Shown here: positions 22,547 to 31,604 of the stretch, piece after piece
Layout: each line of letters opens with the position of its first letter
Position numbering within the stretch: the first letter of the stretch is position 1
Assembly (NCBI GenBank): GCA_023248415.1
Contig: JAHFEP010000002.1
Coordinates: 1 to 33,078 of the forward strand
DNA from: Nitrospirota bacterium
GTDB taxonomy: Bacteria; Nitrospirota; CAKKRA01; 9FT-COMBO-42-15
Length of the DNA stretch: 33,078 bases
Direction of reading: 5' to 3'
The notes under the pieces: generated by a model
Told to the model about the DNA's origin: nothing
What the model saw: the letters and a program-made list of their open reading frames with translations, nothing else
Databases searched by the model: none
Program-made: the position numbers and the translations under genes

Positions 22547-23466
22547 GTCAAGTCTTGAAATATTAGTTCCTCCCTTCAACCTCTTTAATTGCTTTGCTTA
22601 TTGTAGTATAGTGGAGTCTCAGATAATCTGCAATCTCTTTTAATTTGTAGCCATATCTTATATGGGCCTGATATATCGCCTCTTTCCTCTTGCCACTGTC
22701 CTGCCTATCCTTAAATAGCTTTGCAAGCTCAGGTCTGCCAATATATCTCTGGCGCCTCGGTATCTCCTTTATCTCCTTCTTGTCTGATAATAATTCCTTA
22801 AATCTTGTGATAAATTCATCTTCTCCAAGCAGTATCTGGCCTTTTATCTCATCCCACGGCTTTCCTTTGTTATTCCCTGCCTTGACAAATTCTGCATATC
22901 TCTTTTCTGCCTTCTTTCTTTTGCTCCCAAATTGTCCAAGTATCCAGTCTACTGTAAGATATAAAGGAGTCTTTGTCTTGCCTATAGCAGCTAAATAGCT
23001 GCTCCATCTCCATTCCTCTGGCCTTTTTATAATGCCTGCTCTTACAGGGTTTAATACTACATATCTGCATAGCTCAAGCAGGTATTCTTCTTTTTCTACC
23101 AATATAGCCTTATATCTGCCTTGAAAGATATGTCCTGTCTTCTTATGCCTTCTATTGTATGCCTGTGTGTATACTCCATTTAGCTGCCTCATGCCTAAAG
23201 ACAGGTTAGGTTCAGGGGTTTCTATCATTATATGATAGTGATTGTCCATTAAACAGTAGGCATGGCAGAGCCAATTGTACCTTTTTATAACTGAACCTAA
23301 TATCTCAAGAAATAGCTCTCTATCTTTATTATCCTTGTATATTTTACTCCTTGCATTCCCTCTTGAGGTTATATGATATACTGCATTAGGGTATTCTATC
23401 CTTAATGGTCTTGACATAGCATTTTTATTATAGCATCGCAATATTTATTTTTCAAGACTTGACCCT
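22544..23466 (-). mobile_element. IS200-like (Y1/HUH transposase) element bounded by a perfect 15-bp inverted repeat
   Basis: AGGGTCAAGTCTTGA (22544-22558) is the exact reverse complement of TCAAGACTTGACCCT (23452-23466). Both are followed inward by AATATT, with a 6-nt indel on the right side. A single transposase gene lies between them. Confidence 0.7.
22563..23417 (-). CDS. Y1 (HUH) tyrosine transposase, IS200/RAYT-like, with C-terminal DnaA-C-like HTH domain
   Basis: RIEYPNAVYHITSRGN and HUH motif MDNHYHIMIE, with catalytic-Tyr region GHIFQGRYKAILV. C-terminal YQAHIRYGYKLKEIADYLRLHYTTISKAIKEVE is HTH-like. The ATG at 23417 is preferred over the TTG at 23441. Confidence 0.8.
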   Translation of the reverse strand: MSRPLRIEYPNAVYHITSRGNARSKIYKDNKDRELFLEILGSVIKRYNWLCHAYCLMDNHYHIMIETPEPNLSLGMRQLNGVYTQAYNRRHKKTGHIFQGRYKAILVEKEEYLLELCRYVVLNPVRAGIIKRPEEWRWSSYLAAIGKTKTPLYLTVDWILGQFGSKRKKAEKRYAEFVKAGNNKGKPWDEIKGQILLGEDEFITRFKELLSDKKEIKEIPRRQRYIGRPELAKLFKDRQDSGKRKEAIYQAHIRYGYKLKEIADYLRLHYTTISKAIKEVEGRN

Positions 23467-24071
23467 CTTTCTTCTCTTATGAAACGACCTATCTTCGCAT
23501 CATAATATCTTGCCCTGTAGTAATATATCCCTGATTCCTCGTCATATTCTCTACCAGTATAAGTATACGGTTGCACAAAAGAGGAGTCAAGCTGATAGGT
23601 TATCTCTCCGAAGCTGTTGTATTCATACCTCTGCACCACATTGCCAGAGCTATCTGTTATGGCGATGATGCTTCCCAGTCCATCGGCATGGTAATAATAT
23701 GTCTGATTGTTTCTTATCATTGCAATCGGCTCATCAATGCCTGGGCCGTGAAGGTATTCAGTTACGATATTGCCAGACGCGTCTAACTCAAACAAAATGT
23801 CTTCTCGGTCATAGACATATTTCTTAATAGTGACAGTGTTAGTAGCAGTGTCGGTAACAGACTTCTCAATCCTACGACCAAACGGATCATATTTATAAGT
23901 TACGAGTTGCGAGTTAGGAGTTGTGAGTTGAACAAGACGGTTTTCGGAGTCGTATTGATATGTAGTTGTTCCTGTAGTATCGGTTTTTGATGTCATATTG
24001 CCATTAGCGTCATATGTAAAGCCCGTGCCGTTCTGTGTTAAAAGCTCATTGCCATTGTTGTAAGTATACAC
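23445..24071 (-). pseudogene. Rhs core C-terminal fragment, truncated at both ends
   Basis: YD repeats (FTYDANGNMTS, YQYDSENRLV, YKYDPFGRRIEKS, YEYNSFGE) and YYYRARYYDAKIGRFI. The frame then runs into the right IR of the Y1 element (REERGSSLEK stop) before any DPxGL motif. Confidence 0.75.
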
Positions 24072-24074
24072 ACT

Positions 24075-24491
24075 TTATCTTTTATACCATAAATATAATT
24101 TAACTGTAAGAACAATAATCATTAATCCAACAAGACCTCCTACTATCCAGCCTAAAAAAGTTTTAATCAATCCAGCAATTAATCCTATACTTGCTCCACC
24201 AATCGCCAAACCTAAAAAAAGCCCAATCAACTTCATATCTATGTCTAAACCACCTGAAAAATGCGCAATAATAAATAAAATTATTATCAATATAGTAAGC
24301 AGCAAGCCATATAATATTGTTTTAAAAGAAGGATATTCGCTTGTTCCAATAAATTCAAACCCAAACTTTACAAAATATCCAATATAACCAAGTATAAAGA
24401 AGAATATAGCTACTTTAATAAAAATTCTTATTTCTTTATCCCACTTCTCAAAAAGTTTAATTATCCAATTATCTATTGAAAAATTTCCCAT
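24075..24491 (-). CDS. Small polytopic membrane protein (Gly-zipper-rich), possible orphan immunity gene
   Basis: 138 aa with 3-4 TM segments (GLAIGGASIGLIAGLIKTFLGWIVGGLVGL). Very A/T-rich. Its stop lies 3 nt before the Rhs fragment. Confidence 0.45.
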   Translation of the reverse strand: MGNFSIDNWIIKLFEKWDKEIRIFIKVAIFFFILGYIGYFVKFGFEFIGTSEYPSFKTILYGLLLTILIIILFIIAHFSGGLDIDMKLIGLFLGLAIGGASIGLIAGLIKTFLGWIVGGLVGLMIIVLTVKLYLWYKR

Positions 24492-24614
24492 ATTTTATGG
24501 CAATCCATAAAATCTTCTTAACGGTAATAAAGAATTCCACAAATCAGTGAAAGCATTGGAAAGCATTGGGGTCACCCTTTTAGACTTTTAGATATGCTTT
24601 TAGAAATGATTAGA

Positions 24615-24644
24615 AGAGGAGAGATAATTAATTATCTCTCCTCT
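24615..24644 (-). terminator. Perfect 30-bp palindrome overlapping the rpsR stop codon (probable operon terminator)
   Basis: AGAGGAGAGATAATT|AATTATCTCTCCTCT. The rpsR TAA lies in the loop region. On the - strand the downstream sequence is only moderately T-rich. Confidence 0.45.
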
Positions 24645-24862
24645 GTAAACGGCAGAAGCGCTATGTTTCTTGACTTTTTTACTGCGCTTGATAATACCCT
24701 CTGGTGCCTTGCACAGTTTCCTGAAATCCTACTCGGCACAATCTTTCCTCTGTCTGTTACAAAATTTCTCAGAACCTGAATATCTTTATAATCGATTGTA
24801 TCCTTTTTCTCTGCACAGAATCTGCAAACCTTTCTTCTTTGAAAAATCCTTTTTTGTTCCAT
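24632..24862 (-). CDS. rpsR: 30S ribosomal protein S18
   Basis: [47 protein letters not shown] is canonical S18. Confidence 0.92.
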   Translation of the reverse strand: MEQKRIFQRRKVCRFCAEKKDTIDYKDIQVLRNFVTDRGKIVPSRISGNCARHQRVLSSAVKKSRNIALLPFTEER

Positions 24863-24921
24863 ATTTTAAATTCTCCTCTTAGAATAGGTCATATGGGACT
24901 TATAAGACCTATTTTTGAATA

Positions 24922-25326
24922 TCAAAATGGCACATCATTATCTACAACATCTGTTTCAGCAGGGGCATCAGCTTTTTCATGGCTCGCTCCTGCCCCGGCC
25001 CTCTTTGGCATGAACTGGACCCTTTCTGCAACAACCTCGTACTTGCTCCTTTTCTGGCCGTCCTCTGTTTCCCAGCGCCGCTGCTGCAGTCTTCCGTCAA
25101 TCAAAGCGCCGTCACCCTTGCCAAGATACTTGCTGCAATTCTCAGCCTGCTTGCCAAATACAACAATATCTATAAAACTGACCTCTTCTTTTGTCTCCTC
25201 GCCCTGCTTATACTTCCTGTTAACAGCAATAGCAAAACTTGCGACAGGCGCGCCGTTAGGGGTATAGCGAATCTCAGGGTCACGCGTAAGATTGCCTATC
25301 AATATTACCTTGTTAAAGCTCGTCAT
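24922..25326 (-). CDS. ssb: Single-stranded DNA-binding protein
   Basis: OB-fold NKVILIGNLTRDPEIRYTPNGAPVASFAIAVNR and an acidic C-terminal tip DNDVPF. Confidence 0.92.
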   Translation of the reverse strand: MTSFNKVILIGNLTRDPEIRYTPNGAPVASFAIAVNRKYKQGEETKEEVSFIDIVVFGKQAENCSKYLGKGDGALIDGRLQQRRWETEDGQKRSKYEVVAERVQFMPKRAGAGASHEKADAPAETDVVDNDVPF

Positions 25327-25334
25327 ATTTATAC

Positions 25335-25793
25335 CTATTCCTTGGCAGTTTCTGCTACTCCTGCTGTCTCAGGAGAGGCAGCGACTTTCTCAGCAACTGC
25401 TGCGCCTTGTTGAACTGTCTCAGTCTTTACAGGCTTTTCCTTTACATCGTGAGCCTGCCGAACCGATGCCTCTGACTGCGTCGCAGGCTTTTGAAGAACA
25501 ACATCGCCCTTCAGCTTTACTGTAATAAACTTAATTACAGCATCGCTGAGCCTGTAATTCCTCTCAAGCTCCTTTACTAAAGGACCTTCTGCCTTGAAAT
25601 GTATCAGCACATAGTGTCCCTTTTTGTGCTTTTTAATCTCATAGGCCAGCTTCTTTTTACCCCAGTTTTCAATATTGATAATCTCACCGCCGCCAGCGGT
25701 AATTATCTCCTGCATCTTCTGGATTACCTTTTCAGTTTCTTCGTCTGATAAGGTCGGTTTAATAATAAATATTGACTCATAGGTACTTCTCAT
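25335..25793 (-). CDS. rpsF: 30S ribosomal protein S6 (with C-terminal extension)
   Basis: YESIFIIKPTLSDEE...WGKKKLAYEIKKHKKGHYVLIHF is canonical S6. GGAGG precedes the ATG. Confidence 0.9.
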   Translation of the reverse strand: MRSTYESIFIIKPTLSDEETEKVIQKMQEIITAGGGEIINIENWGKKKLAYEIKKHKKGHYVLIHFKAEGPLVKELERNYRLSDAVIKFITVKLKGDVVLQKPATQSEASVRQAHDVKEKPVKTETVQQGAAVAEKVAASPETAGVAETAKE

Positions 25794-25893
25794 CTTATCA
25801 CCTCCTTATGGGTTTAATAGCCCTAAACATAAACGCTTAGAGCAAGGGGTATTGTCATTTTTACCATATTCTTCTGCCAAAATCAACTAAAAA

Positions 25894-26991
25894 CTATACT
25901 GAAAATCTGAAATAAATTATATCGCCGTCTTTAACTATATAATCCTTGCCTTCAAGCCTCAAAAGCCCTTTGTCCTTCACAGCCTGTGCAGAGTTAAGCG
26001 AGATTAAATCATTGTATGTCATAACCTCTGCGCGGATAAAACCTCTTTCAATATCAGAGTGTATCTCTCCGGCAGCCTGCGGAGCCTTTGTGCCTGAAGA
26101 AATAGTCCATGCCTTTACCTCGTCTTCGCCTACTGTAAAAAATGTTATCAAATTAAGGAGCTTATAGGCTGCCTTTATAAGCGAATTGAGCCCAGGCTCT
26201 TGTATGCCAAGGACATTTATTAAATAGTCTATCCTCTCATTTTTATCCATCTCTGCAATCTCTGCCTCTGCCTTGCCGCTTATTACCACAAGCTCTGCCT
26301 TCTCTGAAGCAGCTATTGTCTTAACAATATCCACCCAGTTGTTTCCCTTTCCAAGATCCTTTTCAGAGACATTTGCAATATAAAGGACAGGTTTATCAGT
26401 TAAAAGATGGCATTCTTTCAGAATCCTTTTTTCTTCATCTGAGCATTCCATGCCCCTCACTAACTCGCCCTTTTGAAGCCTGTCTTTAAGCCTTTTTATA
26501 AACTCCATTTCAGCAACTGACTTCTTATCACCTGTTTTTGCTGCCTTCTCAACTCGGCTGAGCCTCTTTTCTATGGTATCCAAATCAGCAAGTATCAACT
26601 CCATATTTATAATCTCTACATCCCTTTTTGGGTCAACATTGCCTGCTACATGGATGATATCAGGGTCTTCAAAGCATCTTACAATATGAAGAATAGCCGC
26701 AACCTCCCTGATATGGCCAAGGAATTTATTGCCAAGACCTTCACCATGGCTCGCGCCCTTGACCAATCCTGCAATATCTACAAATTCAATAGTAGTCGGC
26801 GTAAGCTTCTTAGGTTTATACATCTCATTAAGTCTAATTAGCCTATCATCAGGAACCTCAACTACACCAATGTTAGGGTCTATAGTGCAAAAAGGATAAT
26901 TTGATGCCTGAGCGCCTGCAGATGTCAGTGCATTAAATATGGTTGACTTGCCGACATTTGGCAAACCTACTATTCCGCATTTGAAGCCCAT
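25894..26991 (-). CDS. ychF: Ribosome-binding ATPase YchF
   Basis: [24 protein letters not shown]-loop, [15 protein letters not shown], and a C-terminal TGS-like domain. The conserved start is MGFKCG at 26991; the track ORF extends to a TTG at 27009. Confidence 0.9.
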   Translation of the reverse strand: MGFKCGIVGLPNVGKSTIFNALTSAGAQASNYPFCTIDPNIGVVEVPDDRLIRLNEMYKPKKLTPTTIEFVDIAGLVKGASHGEGLGNKFLGHIREVAAILHIVRCFEDPDIIHVAGNVDPKRDVEIINMELILADLDTIEKRLSRVEKAAKTGDKKSVAEMEFIKRLKDRLQKGELVRGMECSDEEKRILKECHLLTDKPVLYIANVSEKDLGKGNNWVDIVKTIAASEKAELVVISGKAEAEIAEMDKNERIDYLINVLGIQEPGLNSLIKAAYKLLNLITFFTVGEDEVKAWTISSGTKAPQAAGEIHSDIERGFIRAEVMTYNDLISLNSAQAVKDKGLLRLEGKDYIVKDGDIIYFRFSV

Positions 26992-27007
26992 AAAATTTTT
27001 ATACCTC

Positions 27008-27045
27008 AAAAAACATAGAGGACTGGCATTAAATCACCAGTCCTC
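27008..27045 (-). terminator. Rho-independent terminator downstream of hppA
   Basis: 9-bp stem GAGGACTGG (27018-27026) pairs with CCAGTCCTC (27037-27045) around a 10-nt loop. On the - strand it is followed after 4 nt by TTTTTT (27013-27008). Confidence 0.55.
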
Positions 27046-27065
27046 GTATGACTGATTACTATTGC

Positions 27066-27090
27066 GGGTTCAAGTTTATAACTTGAACCC
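27066..27090. repeat. Perfect 10-bp stem hairpin GGGTTCAAGT-TTATA-ACTTGAACCC
   Basis: Read directly from the sequence. It lies in the 171-nt hppA-ychF spacer and has no adjacent T-run. Confidence 0.7.
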
Positions 27091-27180
27091 ATAAAGTTAG
27101 TATAGTGTAATATCGTTACGAACTGAATGGAGCAGGTTGCAAACATGCTCCCACAAAGATTACAACCTCACTTAATGTTA

Positions 27181-29199
27181 TTATATCAACAACGGTGCAA
27201 TAATCAGAGACACTATGCTCATCAGCTTTATCAATATATTCATTGCAGGGCCTGATGTATCCTTAAATGGATCGCCTACTGTATCGCCGACAACTGCTGC
27301 TTTATGTGCATCAGAGCCTTTGCCGCCGAGATGACCTTTTTCAATATATTTTTTAGCATTGTCCCATGCACCGCCTGCATTCGCCATAAAAATTGCCATA
27401 AGAACACCTGCTACTGTTGCTCCTGCGAGCATGCCGCCTAAAGCAGCAGGGCCTAATATAAAGCCGACTATTACGGGTGCAACAACTGCGGTAATGCCTG
27501 GCAATATCATCTCAGTAAGGGCTGCCTTTGTGCTTATATCAATACATTTTGCAACATCAGGCTTTACTCCAGGCTTTCCCTCAAGCAAGCCTGGTATCTC
27601 CCTGAACTGCCTTCTTATCTCATTAACCATCTTGAATGCTGCCTTGCCAACAGAGGTCATTGTTAACGCGCCAATGAAGAATGGAATAATACCGCCGACT
27701 AATAAACCGATGACAACATACGGATCAGTTATAAGTATCTCAAATATCTTGCCTGTCTTTGCGCTGATTGACTGAGTGTATGCAGAAAAGAGTGCAAGAG
27801 CAGTAAGTGCTGCGGACCCAATAGCAAAACCCTTGCCTATGGCTGCTGTTGTATTGCCAAGTGCATCAAGGCTGTCTGTTATATCCCTTACATCTTTGCC
27901 CAGATGGCTCATCTCAGAGATGCCGCCGGCATTATCTGCAATAGGACCATAGGCATCAACACTCATTACAATGCCGACTGTAGCAAGCATACCCACTGCT
28001 GAGATGCCAATACCGTACAGACCGCTGGTATAGTTTGCTACAAATATTGCCGCACAGATTGCCAGCACTGGAAGTGCGGTGCTTTCAAGTCCGACTGCTA
28101 AACCTGAAATAATATTTGTGCCAGCGCCTGTCTGACTGGAATTAGCTATCCTTTCAACAGGCTTGCCTGATGTATAATGCTCTGTAAGAAGCCCGATTGC
28201 AATGCCGCCAACACATCCTGAAAGAACTGCCCAGTAAACACCATTGTTTACATCAATGTAGTAGACTACTGCATAGCCAAAAATAAGGAAGAGGCCTGCT
28301 GCAATAAATGTTGCGTAACGAAGCGCTGCTGCAGGATTAAAGCTCTCAAGTATTCTCATTGATAAGATGCCGATTACAGATGCAACAAGCCCTACCATTG
28401 CCAGGATAACAGGTAAAGACATTAATGCCATTGCAGAACCGAGTTTAGCAATCTCGCTGCCTGCAAGAGTAGCTCCAATTGCAATGGTTGCAACAACAGC
28501 ACCTACATAAGACTCAAATATATCAGCGCCAAGGCCTGCAACATCGCCGACATTATCACCGACATTGTCTGCAATAACACCTGGGTTTCTTGGGTCATCC
28601 TCTGGTATGCCTGCATCTATCTTTCCTGCAAGGTCAGAACCTACATCTGCTGTCTTTGTATAGATGCCGCCGCCGACCCTTGCAAAAAGGGCAATGGATG
28701 ATGCGCCCATTGCATAGCCGTTTATAATTGCCGCTGTTTCGGGTTTGCCATAGAGGATAAAAAATATACCAACACCAATAAGCCCAATGCTTGCAACTGA
28801 AAGCCCCATCACAGAGCCGCCTAAGAATGCAACTGACAGGGCCTTTGCTGTATCAGGCTTATAAAGGTTTGCTGCCTGTGCAGTCCTTACATTCGCCTTT
28901 GTTGCTGCCTGCATACCAAAGAAACCTGCAAGCATGGAGGATATGCCGCCTCCTACATACGCAATTCCTGTCTGCCAGTTGATAAATTTCCACAGGAGAA
29001 TGAAGACAATGGCTATAAATACAAAAAGTATTGTATACTGCCTTCTTAGATAGACCATTGCCCCGTCGTGAATCATGTCCGAGATCTCTTTCATCAGGTC
29101 TGTGCCAACCGGCTTTTTTGCAATAGAAAAATAGATTATAAGCGCTAAAACTAAACCAGCCAAACCAAATACAGGTGATAACTTAATAAATAATTCCAT
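27181..29199 (-). CDS. hppA: Membrane-integral ion-translocating pyrophosphatase (K+-dependent subfamily signature)
   Basis: [39 protein letters not shown] and [10 protein letters not shown] motifs; ~16 TM segments. Confidence 0.9.
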   Translation of the reverse strand: MELFIKLSPVFGLAGLVLALIIYFSIAKKPVGTDLMKEISDMIHDGAMVYLRRQYTILFVFIAIVFILLWKFINWQTGIAYVGGGISSMLAGFFGMQAATKANVRTAQAANLYKPDTAKALSVAFLGGSVMGLSVASIGLIGVGIFFILYGKPETAAIINGYAMGASSIALFARVGGGIYTKTADVGSDLAGKIDAGIPEDDPRNPGVIADNVGDNVGDVAGLGADIFESYVGAVVATIAIGATLAGSEIAKLGSAMALMSLPVILAMVGLVASVIGILSMRILESFNPAAALRYATFIAAGLFLIFGYAVVYYIDVNNGVYWAVLSGCVGGIAIGLLTEHYTSGKPVERIANSSQTGAGTNIISGLAVGLESTALPVLAICAAIFVANYTSGLYGIGISAVGMLATVGIVMSVDAYGPIADNAGGISEMSHLGKDVRDITDSLDALGNTTAAIGKGFAIGSAALTALALFSAYTQSISAKTGKIFEILITDPYVVIGLLVGGIIPFFIGALTMTSVGKAAFKMVNEIRRQFREIPGLLEGKPGVKPDVAKCIDISTKAALTEMILPGITAVVAPVIVGFILGPAALGGMLAGATVAGVLMAIFMANAGGAWDNAKKYIEKGHLGGKGSDAHKAAVVGDTVGDPFKDTSGPAMNILIKLMSIVSLIIAPLLI

Positions 29200-29240
29200 A
29201 AACCCCTCCTTTTTTTAGTTCATATAATTTAATAAATAAC

Positions 29241-29801
29241 CTACCTATTAAACCTGCTCATTGCAGCAACTGTATCATTCTTTATCAAAAACAAAAGGGC
29301 ATCTGATGCCTTCTTCTTTACCTCTTTTAATATTGGCAATTCGTCTTTTTTAAAATTAGATAGGACATAATCTGAAGAATCAATACCAGCACAAGGCCTC
29401 CCTATCCCGATTTTTATCCTTACAAAGGAATCTGTGCCAATTGCATTTATAATGGATTTTATCCCTCTGTGGCCTCCGTGGCTCCCCTTATCCTTTATCC
29501 TTAGCCTCCCAATATCCAGATCCATATCGTCGTATATGATGATAAGGTCATCAGCGCTGAGATTGAATCCTTTAATCATCTGTGCCACAGAATCCCCGCT
29601 TAGATTCATAAAGGTCTGAGGCTTTGCAATAATAACCTCAATATCATTTATTAAACCTTTTCCAAAAAGCGCCTTATACTTTTTTTTATTAATATCTATT
29701 TTGTAAACAGACGCAAGCTCATCAATAACCATGAAACCGACATTATGCCTTGTCTGTTTATATTCATTACCCGGATTGCCGAGACCAACAATAAGTTTCA
29801 C
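29241..29801 (-). CDS. pth: Peptidyl-tRNA hydrolase
   Basis: MKLIVGLGNPGNEYKQTRHNVGFMVIDEL is canonical Pth. Confidence 0.92.
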   Translation of the reverse strand: MKLIVGLGNPGNEYKQTRHNVGFMVIDELASVYKIDINKKKYKALFGKGLINDIEVIIAKPQTFMNLSGDSVAQMIKGFNLSADDLIIIYDDMDLDIGRLRIKDKGSHGGHRGIKSIINAIGTDSFVRIKIGIGRPCAGIDSSDYVLSNFKKDELPILKEVKKKASDALLFLIKNDTVAAMSRFNR

Positions 29802-29819
29802 CTTCTGCTACCATCTTTA

Positions 29820-30572
29820 TTATTTTGGCTTCTCAGCCTTTGTTGTCTTCTCTGCTTTTGCAGCCTTTTCCGGCTTCTCAGTCTTCTCAGCCTTCTCAGC
29901 CTTTACGCCCTCTTCACCAGGCGCTGCCTCTTTACCCTTTGCTAAAACCTCTGGTTCTTTTGCTTCAGCAGGTGTTGCAGTCAGCATCTGTTCTAACTTT
30001 GTCTCGGACATCGGCGCAGCAACAGATACAACAGCCATACCGCTGTCATCAATGATTTTGACGCCTTCAGAAATCTTAATATCCCTTACATGAATAACAT
30101 CGCCAATCTTTAAGGCAGAGGCATCAATCTTGATATGGTCTGGTATTAGGGAAGGCAGGCATTCAACCATAACCTCACGCATATTGTGCTGCAGCAGTCC
30201 GCCCTCTTTAACGCCTGCTGGCACATCTCCTGTTATTTCTACATGTACCTTTACCTTGATAGACTTGTCCATGGAAATCTCAAAAAGGTCTGCATGAAGC
30301 AGCTTGCCTGTTACAGGGTCTGTTTGAAAATCCCTGAGAATGGCCACCTTTTCAGTCTCTTTGTCTTTTACCATCAGCTTCAGATTAATCAGGGTATTCT
30401 CACCTGATTCTGAATGAAGAATCTTCAGGACATCAGAAGGGTTAAGGCTTATAGTTTTAGCTGCGCCCTGGCCGTAAAGAACAGCCGGAATCCTGCCGTC
30501 GCGCCTTATGCTCCTTGCTGCGCCCTTTCCAGACTTTTCCCTGATATCTGCACTTAATCCAATCTTTTGCAT
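29820..30572 (-). CDS. rplY: 50S ribosomal protein L25, Ctc form, with K/E/A-rich C-terminal tail
   Basis: RRDGRIPAVLYG and a two-domain Ctc-type length. The tail reads KAEKAEKTEKPEKAAKAEKTTKAEKPK. Confidence 0.85.
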   Translation of the reverse strand: MQKIGLSADIREKSGKGAARSIRRDGRIPAVLYGQGAAKTISLNPSDVLKILHSESGENTLINLKLMVKDKETEKVAILRDFQTDPVTGKLLHADLFEISMDKSIKVKVHVEITGDVPAGVKEGGLLQHNMREVMVECLPSLIPDHIKIDASALKIGDVIHVRDIKISEGVKIIDDSGMAVVSVAAPMSETKLEQMLTATPAEAKEPEVLAKGKEAAPGEEGVKAEKAEKTEKPEKAAKAEKTTKAEKPK

Positions 30573-30643
30573 CTTTAAACCTCCAATGAATTAAAATAAA
30601 TCCTAAATCCGAAATTCTAAATTCTAAACAATTTAATTTTATA

Positions 30644-31588
30644 TTACACAAACAACGAACTTACCGATTCCTCAGTATGTATCCTTTTTATTGCCTCGCC
30701 GAGCAGCGGAGCTACAGAAAGAACTGTCATCTTCTTCTTGCACTCCTTATATTTATCATTTAACGGAATAGAATCAGTTAAAATTACCTCTTCTATTGCA
30801 GAGTCATTAATTCTTTTAATGGCGCTGCCAGAAAATATGCCATGCGTACATGCTACAATTACCTTTTGTGCGCCCTTCTTCTTTATTGCATCTGCTGCCT
30901 GTGTTATTGTCCCTGCTGTATCTATCATATCATCAAGCAGGAGAGCATTTTTATTCTCTACATCGCCTATAATATTCATTACCTCTGAAACATTCGGTCC
31001 ATCCCTTCTCTTATCAACAATTGCAAGGGTTGCCTTCAGCCTCTTTGCAAATGCCCTTGCCCTTTCAACACCGCCTGCATCAGGAGAAACAACAACCAAA
31101 TCCTTTAGATTCAGCTTAAAAAGATAATCAAGTATAACAGGCGTTGCATACAGATGGTCGACAGGTATATTGAAAAAACCCTGTATCTGGCCTGCATGAA
31201 GGTCCATTGTAAGCACCCTCTGTGCGCCTGCAGCAGTAATCAAATCAGCAATCAATTTGGCTGTAATAGGCGCCCTTGACTGCACCTTCCTGTCCTGCCT
31301 TGCATATCCAAAATAAGGGAGAACTGCCGTAATCCTGTAAGCAGACGCCCTTTTTAAGGCATCTGTCATTATCAGCAGCTCCATTATGCTCCTGTTAACA
31401 GGATTTGATGAGGACTGAACTATAAATATGTCCATGCCCCTTACATTCTCATTAAGCTGCACCATTATTTCCCCATCGCTGAATGTGGAAACAGTTACAT
31501 CACCTAATGGCATCTTTAAATAATCGCATATACCTTTTGCCAAAGCAATATTGGCATTTCCTGAGAAAATCTTCAAGTCCTTTGACAT
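30644..31588 (-). CDS. prs: Ribose-phosphate pyrophosphokinase
   Basis: KIFSGNANIALAKGICDYL, YFGYARQDRK and the DLHAGQIQGFF and PRPP-binding loop LLDDMIDTAGT motifs. Confidence 0.92.
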   Translation of the reverse strand: MSKDLKIFSGNANIALAKGICDYLKMPLGDVTVSTFSDGEIMVQLNENVRGMDIFIVQSSSNPVNRSIMELLIMTDALKRASAYRITAVLPYFGYARQDRKVQSRAPITAKLIADLITAAGAQRVLTMDLHAGQIQGFFNIPVDHLYATPVILDYLFKLNLKDLVVVSPDAGGVERARAFAKRLKATLAIVDKRRDGPNVSEVMNIIGDVENKNALLLDDMIDTAGTITQAADAIKKKGAQKVIVACTHGIFSGSAIKRINDSAIEEVILTDSIPLNDKYKECKKKMTVLSVAPLLGEAIKRIHTEESVSSLFV

Positions 31589-31604
31589 TTTTTACCCTTA
31601 ACAG

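Noticed and set aside
22544-22579. N-terminus MKGGTNISRLD of track ORF 22181-22579 as a native start
   Set aside because: These codons lie within the left inverted repeat and 3' end of the Y1 transposase element, so the start codon is fortuitous.
25794-25893. rpsF 5' leader as the S6:S18-binding autoregulatory RNA, plus a TTGATT-17-TAAAAA promoter
   Set aside because: Small stems are visible (CTAA/TTAG, GGG/CCC), but I cannot verify the conserved motif by eye and the -10 lacks the invariant final T. A covariance-model scan is needed.
29820-29910. Repeats at the 3' end of rplY (CTTCTCAGCCTT units)
   Set aside because: They are explained by the K/E/A-rich low-complexity tail of the L25/Ctc protein, with no independent signal.
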